DNA of 44,278 bases from Chiloscyllium plagiosum (lineage: Eukaryota). The stretch is from positions 1 through 44,278 of the forward strand of contig NW_025214468.1 in assembly GCF_004010195.1 (NCBI RefSeq). The letters are read 5' to 3'. Below the pieces are notes generated by a model. That model searched no databases and was not told where the DNA came from. It worked only from the letters and a program-made list of their open reading frames with translations. Made by a program: the position numbers and the translations under genes. Of the stretch, positions 34,101 through 44,127 are shown piece after piece; the first letter of the stretch is position 1; each line of letters starts with the position of its first letter.

Positions 34101-37080
34101 GCGCGTCAGAGAGAGAGAGCGCGTCAGAGAGAGAGAGCGCGTCAGAGAGAGAGAGCGCGTCAGAGAGAGAGAGCGCGTCAGAGAGAGAGAGCGCGTCAGA
34201 GAGAGAGAGCGCGTCAGAGAGAGAGAGCGCGTCAGAGAGAGAGAGCGCGTCAGAGAGAGAGAGCGCGTCAGAGAGAGAGAGCGCGTCAGAGAGAGAGAGC
34301 GCGTCAGAGAGAGAGAGCGCGTCAGAGAGAGAGAGCGCGTCAGAGAGAGAGAGCGCGTCAGAGAGAGAGAGCGCGTCAGAGAGAGAGAGCGCGTCAGAGA
34401 GAGAGAGCGCGTCAGAGAGAGAGAGCGCGTCAGAGAGAGAGAGCGCGTCAGAGAGAGAGAGCGCGTCAGAGAGAGAGAGCGCGTCAGAGAGAGAGAGCGC
34501 GTCAGAGAGAGAGAGCGCGTCAGAGAGAGAGAGCGCGTCAGAGAGAGAGAGCGCGTCAGAGAGAGAGAGCGCGTCAGAGAGAGAGAGCGCGTCAGAGAGA
34601 GAGAGCGCGTCAGAGAGAGAGAGCGCGTCAGAGAGAGAGAGCGCGTCAGAGAGAGAGAGCGCGTCAGAGAGAGAGAGCGCGTCAGAGAGAGAGAGCGCGT
34701 CAGAGAGAGAGAGCGCGTCAGAGAGAGAGAGCGCGTCAGAGAGAGAGAGCGCGTCAGAGAGAGAGAGCGCGTCAGAGAGAGAGAGCGCGTCAGAGAGAGA
34801 GAGCGCGTCAGAGAGAGAGAGCGCGTCAGAGAGAGAGAGCGCGTCAGAGAGAGAGAGCGCGTCAGAGAGAGAGAGCGCGTCAGAGAGAGAGAGCGCGTCA
34901 GAGAGAGAGAGCGCGTCAGAGAGAGAGAGCGCGTCAGAGAGAGAGAGCGCGTCAGAGAGAGAGAGCGCGTCAGAGAGAGAGAGCGCGTCAGAGAGAGAGA
35001 GCGCGTCAGAGAGAGAGAGCGCGTCAGAGAGAGAGAGCGCGTCAGAGAGAGAGAGCGCGTCAGAGAGAGAGAGCGCGTCAGAGAGAGAGAGCGCGTCAGA
35101 GAGAGAGAGCGCGTCAGAGAGAGAGAGCGCGTCAGAGAGAGAGAGCGCGTCAGAGAGAGAGAGCGCGTCAGAGAGAGAGAGCGCGTCAGAGAGAGAGAGC
35201 GCGTCAGAGAGAGAGAGCGCGTCAGAGAGAGAGAGCGCGTCAGAGAGAGAGAGCGCGTCAGAGAGAGAGAGCGCGTCAGAGAGAGAGAGCGCGTCAGAGA
35301 GAGAGAGCGCGTCAGAGAGAGAGAGCGCGTCAGAGAGAGAGAGCGCGTCAGAGAGAGAGAGCGCGTCAGAGAGAGAGAGCGCGTCAGAGAGAGAGAGCGC
35401 GTCAGAGAGAGAGAGCGCGTCAGAGAGAGAGAGCGCGTCAGAGAGAGAGAGCGCGTCAGAGAGAGAGAGCGCGTCAGAGAGAGAGAGCGCGTCAGAGAGA
35501 GAGAGCGCGTCAGAGAGAGAGAGCGCGTCAGAGAGAGAGAGCGCGTCAGAGAGAGAGAGCGCGTCAGAGAGAGAGAGCGCGTCAGAGAGAGAGAGCGCGT
35601 CAGAGAGAGAGAGCGCGTCAGAGAGAGAGAGCGCGTCAGAGAGAGAGAGCGCGTCAGAGAGAGAGAGCGCGTCAGAGAGAGAGAGCGCGTCAGAGAGAGA
35701 GAGCGCGTCAGAGAGAGAGAGCGCGTCAGAGAGAGAGAGCGCGTCAGAGAGAGAGAGCGCGTCAGAGAGAGAGAGCGCGTCAGAGAGAGAGAGCGCGTCA
35801 GAGAGAGAGAGCGCGTCAGAGAGAGAGAGCGCGTCAGAGAGAGAGAGCGCGTCAGAGAGAGAGAGCGCGTCAGAGAGAGAGAGCGCGTCAGAGAGAGAGA
35901 GCGCGTCAGAGAGAGAGAGCGCGTCAGAGAGAGAGAGCGCGTCAGAGAGAGAGAGCGCGTCAGAGAGAGAGAGCGCGTCAGAGAGAGAGAGCGCGTCAGA
36001 GAGAGAGAGCGCGTCAGAGAGAGAGAGCGCGTCAGAGAGAGAGAGCGCGTCAGAGAGAGAGAGCGCGTCAGAGAGAGAGAGCGCGTCAGAGAGAGAGAGC
36101 GCGTCAGAGAGAGAGAGCGCGTCAGAGAGAGAGAGCGCGTCAGAGAGAGAGAGCGCGTCAGAGAGAGAGAGCGCGTCAGAGAGAGAGAGCGCGTCAGAGA
36201 GAGAGAGCGCGTCAGAGAGAGAGAGCGCGTCAGAGAGAGAGAGCGCGTCAGAGAGAGAGAGCGCGTCAGAGAGAGAGAGCGCGTCAGAGAGAGAGAGCGC
36301 GTCAGAGAGAGAGAGCGCGTCAGAGAGAGAGAGCGCGTCAGAGAGAGAGAGCGCGTCAGAGAGAGAGAGCGCGTCAGAGAGAGAGAGCGCGTCAGAGAGA
36401 GAGAGCGCGTCAGAGAGAGAGAGCGCGTCAGAGAGAGAGAGCGCGTCAGAGAGAGAGAGCGCGTCAGAGAGAGAGAGCGCGTCAGAGAGAGAGAGCGCGT
36501 CAGAGAGAGAGAGCGCGTCAGAGAGAGAGAGCGCGTCAGAGAGAGAGAGCGCGTCAGAGAGAGAGAGCGCGTCAGAGAGAGAGAGCGCGTCAGAGAGAGA
36601 GAGCGCGTCAGAGAGAGAGAGCGCGTCAGAGAGAGAGAGCGCGTCAGAGAGAGAGAGCGCGTCAGAGAGAGAGAGCGCGTCAGAGAGAGAGAGCGCGTCA
36701 GAGAGAGAGAGCGCGTCAGAGAGAGAGAGCGCGTCAGAGAGAGAGAGCGCGTCAGAGAGAGAGAGCGCGTCAGAGAGAGAGAGCGCGTCAGAGAGAGAGA
36801 GCGCGTCAGAGAGAGAGAGCGCGTCAGAGAGAGAGAGCGCGTCAGAGAGAGAGAGCGCGTCAGAGAGAGAGAGCGCGTCAGAGAGAGAGAGCGCGTCAGA
36901 GAGAGAGAGCGCGTCAGAGAGAGAGAGCGCGTCAGAGAGAGAGAGCGCGTCAGAGAGAGAGAGCGCGTCAGAGAGAGAGAGCGCGTCAGAGAGAGAGAGC
37001 GCGTCAGAGAGAGAGAGCGCGTCAGAGAGAGAGAGCGCGTCAGAGAGAGAGAGCGCGTCAGAGAGAGAGAGCGCGTCAGA
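4141..37080. repeat. Tandem minisatellite/satellite array (GAGAGAGAGCGCGTCAGA) x1830
   Basis: The 18-bp unit starts at 4141 and ends in phase at 37080 (32,940/18 = 1830). The three-line display pattern never shifts and the ORF-track translations are uninterrupted hexapeptide repeats, so no frameshifting indels and no visible substitutions. Confidence 0.99.
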
Positions 37081-37153
37081 GGGTGAGAGAAGATGGAGAA
37101 AGGAGGGAGAGAGAGAAAGAGAGAAAGGAGGGAGGGAGAGAGAGAGAGAGCGC
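37081..37153 (+). repeat. Degenerate GA-rich purine tract (right border of the array)
   Basis: Almost purely G/A. It contains a direct repeat GAGAAAGGAGGGAG (37096-37109 and 37121-37134) and ends in GAGAGAGAGCGC (37142-37153), the first 12 nt of the array unit. Confidence 0.9.
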
Positions 37154-37894
37154 AATCGATCTGCATTGGCCTTAAATTTGCATGTAAATTAATAAATTGG
37201 ATAACATGGATGATTTACTAATGGTGGTGAAAAATACCGCAGGTGATTTGGTGATGTGAAAGAAAGTTCAGTTGTGTTTATGAGCACTTGTGGATATAAA
37301 AAAGATATAGAGGGAAGTTCCTGTTTTCCTGCATGTTAAAAATCAGAAGGCCTTGGTGAAAGAAGCCCACAAGAGGAAACACTGCTGAGTTAAGGCTGAA
37401 GGCCAACACTTGGGGGATTCTGGATGATTCAACTGGATGTGTCAAACTTTGCTCTCAGTTTCAAGACTGGCAGCTGGATAAAAGCAGCCAGATAAAATAA
37501 ATATTTCTTAACTGAAGACAAAATTGAATTGCAAGTAAACAGTTTAAAAGTTTTGTTTTACTTTGATGTGTACAGCATGATGTTATGCACCAGGTCATCA
37601 GATGTCATTGCATTATTTAGATTCTTGGGATTTTGAAACCTAATTCAATAGTTCATTCAAAAAGTTATAATCCCATATGTTTGCTCACATCAGAGTTCAA
37701 GTGTGGCCTGAGTTCAGTCATAAGCAGGTCATGCTTCAATCTTTGTTTCGTATTACAGAGTTTTGTTTTTACTCTTGTCACTATATTACAGCTTTTCCAA
37801 GTACTGCCTTGCGGCTTAAAGGCAAAAGTTCCACAATAGGACATTGGCTGTTTCCTTACAAGTACAGAAAAGGTAAATGGTAGAGTTGTTGAGG

Positions 37895-37985
37895 ACTAGC
37901 GTGGAACAAAATCTTCTTCTCTGAGCCAGAAGGCACAGGGTTCAAGTCCCACATACCCCGGAGGTATGCCATAACAGGGTGACAA
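37895..37985 (+). mobile_element. Decayed tRNA-derived SINE head
   Basis: TCTGAGCCAGAAGG followed by a Pol III B-box GGTTCAAGTCC (37939-37949), an arrangement typical of shark tRNA-SINE 5' regions. No full cloverleaf. Boundaries approximate. Confidence 0.55.
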
Positions 37986-38443
37986 CAACACTAAAGCTAC
38001 TTTTGAACAAACAGATGGATAAACTTACCAGAATATCTCTTTCAAGGAATCACAAAACCACCTTACATTATGACAGAAGCCAACAAGAGTTATATAAACT
38101 CTTGTTGGTACTGTCCAGAACTTGATGGCTTCAGAAAATTCCTGAACCGTCTTAATTGCAAAATGGAATCCAAACAATTTCACAAAACCCCTCCTCAAAA
38201 AGATTGAATTTTCAGTTAGTTCTCTGGTTAAAAAAAAATCAGCTGCTTTAAATCTATTGCAACTCTAACTTTTCCAACTCTTAAGACTTAAATGTTAACT
38301 GTTTCATCTTGAACATTTCCCACATTTTCTGTTTTTATCTTGCAATACTCCTTTGATCAAGGAGGCACGCAAAAGATGTATCCATGTTCAGAAAGAAAGA
38401 TAAATGCAGCAACAATGTCAGTGCTAGGGAATCATTTACAGCA

Positions 38444-38625
38444 GATCGTTTAGAAAAATATAGACCTAAAAATGACAGTAAGTGCAGACTAAAGTTAAAG
38501 ATGCGTTGTCAAATTTAGTTGAACTCTAGTGAAGTAATGGAGAGTTGATAAAGGCAGTATACTAACATGCCTTACATGGACCCTCAAAGGCCATTTAATA
38601 AAGCAATACATCAAACTTGTAAATA
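38444..38625 (+). mobile_element. Highly decayed CR1 ORF2 (RT N-terminal region) fragment
   Basis: Piecewise translation LEKYRPKNDS...SNLVE...EVME...VDKGS...YMDPQRPFNKAIH parallels the CR1 consensus LEK..LI.DSQHGF...TNLIEFFEEVT..VDEG..VD.VYMDFQKAFDKVPH, with frameshifts. Confidence 0.7.
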
Positions 38626-40419
38626 TTTAGGTGAAAGGCTATATTCATGAAAATGAAACAATTTTTATAAAGACTAACTATTTGTACAAACTTTTTCAAC
38701 CATGATTGCATTTTATGTCTGTTAAGTGAAGGTCTAGAAAATTGATAGTTGACAGGCATAATTAATGTCCAAATCTAGATTAAGTATTTAATTAAATTGC
38801 ACTGTACTCATGCTGAAGTAGCTTTTCCATGAAAATTAGTCTCAAGGATATTTATAGCGATGGATGGCAACGTAATTCAGCACTTCATGTATGATGCCCA
38901 AGCAGGTAAATTAATAAGAGATTCTGTGGAGATACTTGGATCAATATATAAAAATTTCTTTCATGGCTGTCTCTAGATGTGGCTCACTGGGCAGCAACAA
39001 AAATATACTCATTATTTATTTATCAAGTAAGTAACAAACTAAGAAATTAATGACCAAAGCGCTCAATTAATTCGCATGCAAATATATTGACAGCAAGTTA
39101 CTTGAACTCTGCACAACATAAAGTTAGACCTTTTACGGATAATTATTTCAGCAGATTGTGCTTGAAGTGGTGAACATTCCATATATTCACTGTGCAATAA
39201 AAAGGTCACACCACATATAATAGTTATGTTTTATTATAATAAGAGGTATAATATTTTACTGTTCTAACTTATTTGCATTTTGCTCACTTTGTGCTACCAT
39301 GTTATTCATGAATTACCGAAGCAAGAAAACATCAAAAATGATTTATATTCACTATTATATTACCTGACTTTAGACCACATTATTGCCAACGAACATTTTT
39401 TAAAATTGACATATTATGTATGACGGTGGTTGTGCATTTTGTAAAATTCTAACTAGCATTTTCTCCTTTTAAGGCTGAAAGAAGCTCTCCACTTTTTTCC
39501 AATTCCTGGAAAACAAAAGTTGTATATTTATTGCATTACCTCAGAATCTACTATATCAAAAGACATTAATATTTATGAAAACATGCCATTCAACTGTACT
39601 TTCCAAGCTCTACTTTCCCCTCTCTTTCCACATCTTTTGCCCAGTTCAATTACATTCAAGAAAATATTAATAAGACTCTACACTGTGGTATTTGCATCCA
39701 CCATTATCCATTAATTCAGATGCTAGAAAAATGAATCCTGGATTTTAAAAATGCACAAAAACATCTCTACTGCACCCATCTCTACTGTAAGGATAATAAT
39801 TCAACCGTAACTATTAACTATAAAATTATTAACATTTTCTTGGGAAAAAGGTCTTAGATTTGGTTCCCCCCAATTCTATTTGGAATTACTGCCACATCAA
39901 TTAGGATGCACTGTATTCATGCTTTAAGTATATTAATTTTTAAATGAAAATTGGTATCCAAGATACTTATTGCAATGTGCTGCAAAGTAATTCAGCATGT
40001 TATACACAAAGCCCATTCACTTAAGCCAATAAAGGGTTTACTGTGATAAGTGGACGGTACATTCAAACAAAAAACTTATGCTGGCACATATGGAACAGAA
40101 TCTAAAACAATACCACGTGGTGCTCCTAGTACTTATGTAGAACATGTTAACTGATATAGAAGGTCTTTCATAAATCAGAGTAGTGGATACACCATTATGT
40201 GCAATTTTGGCTCTCCTGAAAGTTCAATTTCCAGATAGTTACAATTTTTCTTTGAGTCAATTCTTCTTTAATGTTCTGCCCATTCCTCAACTAAACATGC
40301 TATTAACTTGCTCATTAAGTATCAATTTTACTGCAAAAAAAAGAGAAGTCAATTCAAACCATTGTACAAATAATATAAGACTTGTACCCTTGAAGCAACT
40401 CTAGAATTTGGCTCTGGAG

Positions 40420-40738
40420 TACAATAACAAATCACCCAGGCTCCTTTAACAACAAACTTGCAAACTCTACCACAAAGAAGGGCAGAAGATGCACCTGTAA
40501 CACCATCACCTACAAGTTCCCTTCCAAGCCACATTTCAAACGGGAACTATACTGCTGCTGTTCCTTCACTGTAGCTGGCTCAAAATCCTGGAATTTTCTT
40601 CCTAACACTGAGCACATATACCCCAATGGCAGCAGCAACTCAAGGCAGCAGTTCACCATCACTTTAGAAGTCAGCAACAAATGCTAGCTCTGGCCAAGAT
40701 AGTCCACATCCAATGAATGAATGAACGAATGAATGAAT
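40420..40738 (+). mobile_element. 3' end of a non-LTR retrotransposon (CR1/L2 group) with (GAAT)n tail
   Basis: AACACCATCACCTACAAGTTCCCTTCCAAGCCAC...GTTCCTTCACTGTAGCTGGCTCAAAATCCTGGAA...AAGGCAGCAGTTCACCATCAC...CCACATCC matches a LINE 3' end I recall as abundant in sharks. It ends in a microsatellite tail AATGAATGAATGAACGAATGAATGAAT (40712-40738). Clade assignment uncertain. Confidence 0.75.
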
Positions 40739-40959
40739 ATCACCCCCCACCCCCCATCACTGTTTTGCTGATTACACAGCAAGAGAACTCAGACTGTGAC
40801 TACTAGAGGATGATAGATGTTGAGCGGAACAATGTTACTACCTTAGCTTATCCATGCCATTCAATGGCACAATACTGACCCAGATCTTCCAAATGCAAGC
40901 TGGCCCCAGCAACAAGCTACCTTTAAATACGTGCTACCGGACTCCTCTGTAGTCCAGAT

Positions 40960-41580
40960 ACACCTGGAAGCTTAAACTTCTGAGAAGCAAATTACCCACT
41001 ATCTGGAAGCTTTCAAAAAAAATCTCCAATTCCTAAGTAACTTTAAAACTTCACCCTTTACCTAACACCCCTCCACCAAACCATAGTCTTGATACACTCG
41101 ACCATCCCAACCAAGTTATCAAAACTCTCCTCCTTCCACTGTCTTCTGCCAACATACATACACATTCACAAACATGCCACTACTATCATCAATCCCTGAC
41201 CAATATCGCCACCCAGCTCACCAATTTATTACCAGCCCTTAACAACATGCCATCATACTTCATCACCAACCTACCCCATATCCTATTACGCTAGCTGCTG
41301 TCATTGCTGCTCTTGGAAACATCAGGCCCATAATCTTGATCCTTTCAGTTTTTCAGGAAAGAGACTTTTCCCATCTTTTTGCAGCCTCACCACAACTAAG
41401 ACATTATCAATTGGCCTTGCTGTAAGGCCCCGATTACTGTCAAAACTCTTGGTCTCAATACCTTCTTTAGCTCCAGACAGGATTTTCACAACTCAACTGC
41501 AAAGCAATTTTCAAAAACCTTAATGTTCTGCTTGGTGAACTTGTTCCCCCATCAACAACTCTTAACTCCCTATGAGATTT
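40960..41580 (+). other. C/A-rich strand-skewed segment, possibly a very old L2-type LINE remnant
   Basis: Marked C-richness and G-poverty on the + strand relative to the flanks. GGCCCATAATCTTGATC (~41325-41341) faintly recalls the GHxLDL motif of APE endonucleases. No intact ORF; boundaries vague. Confidence 0.25.
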
Positions 41581-42851
41581 AAATAATCACTGGCCGCCAA
41601 TTGATTCAGTTTTTCATTTTTTGTACATAGTATTTTGACAAATGTGTTGTTCAACTTCCTTTTTACTCTAACCAAGCTGCAAAGATGCCAGCCTACAGCT
41701 CCTTCCTACTACTAAATTGAAATTAACAGTAGTATTGTACTCTCAGATTCTAACTTACTCTTTCAGGGACTCCATACAGTCAAACTTCATACCTCAGATT
41801 AATGATATTCCTGCTATCTATTTGTAATTACAAATATGCTTATAATTTTATCGTCAGTGGCAAGGGTACATGGTCATTGTTTCCATTTTCAGAAAAGACA
41901 TTAAATCTACCCTCTCAAATTGATGGAAATGAGCCAAAATTTACATATCAACTAAAAACCAATGTCCTTTTTTATTCTACTCCTGTCTGTGACATGTGCT
42001 ACATACAAAATGTCTGCCTGTGTTTCTAACAGAACACATTGGAACATTGCAAAGATGTTATGTCATTGCAAAGTTCTTCCTTGCTTACTTTGAAGGAAAA
42101 GTGTTTTTTTCCTCAGACATTAAAACAAGAGATATTGCTGGGAAGTCTTTCTTAGTTTATATTTAACGATATGCTAAAGTTACCTTCACAATATCAAGCC
42201 CACCAATAAGTTCACCATTCACGTATAATTGTGGGTACGTTGGCCAGTTGGAAAATGTTTTTAATCCCTGCCTCACCTATGAAAAATACATGCGTACATG
42301 AATTAAAGTTAAGACCAACAAGTAATTAGCACTCCAATACACAAAAGTGAAACATTCAGCTTTACCATTAAGCAGTTAGCTATCCTGATTTTTCAACTAT
42401 TGATTGGTTGTTAGAAGAATGACTTCACTCCGTGACATTTTGCACTTTAGGTCAGATTTTCACATATGGCAAGACTTACAATCCAAAGGAAACAAGTATC
42501 TAAGTTTTGAAAATAAGGTGGCAAAAACCCAAAATGGGAATTTGATTTTTTAAAGTATGTTCTTAAGACAGAACTGCATGCTTCAGCATATTTTTAAATC
42601 CTCTTGATTACAAAAATAATTTTATATTATTTGCTGCAAAGCCCCTTTTGAAGTTTCATACAGTTTAGTGCTTTTCTCTGATGACTGAGCCTCACATCCC
42701 TGAAGCTCAACTTCAAAAAAGAGGCACCTGGTTTTGGTTTTAATTAACTTTCAGATTTTTGTTTATTGTAAAAAGGTCATGAAATCCTAGTAAAAGATTT
42801 TGTTAGAAGCTTCACATATCAAGAAGGTTACTGTCCAGCTCATATATATTC

Positions 42852-43006
42852 AAATCTTGATTAATGGAGGAGTCAAAAGGTTATGGGTATGAGACAGCAA
42901 GGAGGTGTTTAAACCACAATCAGATCAGCCATGATCCGATCAACTGGTGAAGCAGACTCTTGGGGCCAGTGGTCGTCAATTGATTCGTTTGCATGTTATG
43001 TATGTT
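42852..43006 (+). mobile_element. Short CR1 LINE 3' UTR fragment
   Basis: GGAGTCAAAAGGTTATGGG...ACCACAATCAGATCAGCCATGAT...GAAGCAGACTCTTGGGGCC followed by a (TATGT)-like tail CATGTTATGTATGTT, the typical CR1 terminus. Confidence 0.75.
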
Positions 43007-43704
43007 GATAAATCACGAGAATAGGTTGAAACATTATGGAAGCAATTTTAAGTTAAATATTACATATTCCAAAACAATTGATTTGACTATCCTACAAGAT
43101 GCTTCTTTTACAGGCCACAAAACAAACCTTTGCCTAAACAGTTTTATTTGGTACACACTTGTGTGTTACCCAATTGAGGTTTTTAATTTGACATTTAATG
43201 AACTCATGATACAGGAGATGGTAATGTCCACAGTATTTAGATTGTAAAAAGAATGGATGGCAAGAATAATAGGATCAAAGGAGGGGGAAAACGTGCATGG
43301 ATAGATCAAAAACATCCAAGGTTGTTTTCTAGCAGGACCTGCGGCAGACAGAAAGCACATACCATGGAGCATAAGTGGAGGAGCTCCAAGATTCTATGGC
43401 AACAATAGTCATAGTTCAGACATCGGAGGGAAAGAGACAAAGAAGTTGGATTTACAGTGGCTACAGCTAACTCTGCTTTCAAAATTGTAGCCACTGGATC
43501 ATTATCATATCCTTGCCATATTTAACAAACAATGATTGAGGAGACACTGTTGAAGTTTAGCTTTATTAATTGATCGATCACTAATTATATTTCCAGTAAA
43601 ATGGCATAATCTTAATAACACACTTAGATTTCAGTTTTATGCTCACCAAGATGTTACTTGCTTTCTGCCATACGTCAATGATGTGAAAATGATAATGCCA
43701 TTTA

Positions 43705-43741
43705 CTTACTGACACCTAGTGGTTTTGCAGAAAAATTGCAG
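43705..43741 (-). promoter_or_regulatory. Candidate CTCF binding site (core plus upstream module)
   Basis: Minus strand reads CTGCAATTTTTCTGCAAAA-CCACTAGGTGTCAG. The core (43709-43722) is one mismatch from CCACTAGGTGGCAG, and TGCAAT lies 18 nt upstream of CCAC, the spacing of the ZF9-11 module. Motif evidence only. Confidence 0.5.
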
Positions 43742-44127
43742 AGTGACTGCAAAACATAGCACAAGATAGCTTCTGCACCCAATGTTACTGCAGTAGGCTT
43801 TCGAACAGTACAAATGTCAATCATGTCACTGCCTAAAAGCATAGCAGGTGATACAGATAAATGCTGACATTGTTAAAATAAGTTTCTGTTGAAAATGTCA
43901 GACAGAAGCTCCCATTTCACTGAAATGGGATGCTGCACTCTTTAATCGTTTACTTTGTAATGAGGTTCAATTCATAGGTCTTACAGCATCCTAGAGAAGA
44001 TGTGGAATGCTAGTAAGAGTACAGGGAATTTTGGTCATCGCACACTATTATTCAACTGTTGCTTTACATAATAAATGGGATCATTTTCCATATCAATGCA
44101 GGAGGCAGGGAGGCTTAGCTGAAAATA

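Noticed and set aside
4141..37080. CRISPR array, telomeric repeat or 180-bp higher-order repeat
   Set aside because: There are no spacers or cas genes, and the unit is not TTAGGG-like. The 180-bp pattern is only the common multiple of the 18-bp unit and the 60-nt line width.
4038..37192. Four ~11,000-aa ORFs as real giant protein-coding genes
   Set aside because: They overlap on both strands, consist of one hexapeptide with zero synonymous variation, and follow automatically from a stop-poor 18-bp unit.
37895..37985. tRNA gene
   Set aside because: B-box only, with no cloverleaf or acceptor stem; better explained as a SINE head.
39449..39570. Splice acceptor (CTAAC branch point, pyrimidine tract, AG at 39472-39473)
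   Set aside because: No good downstream donor and no recognisable coding sequence.
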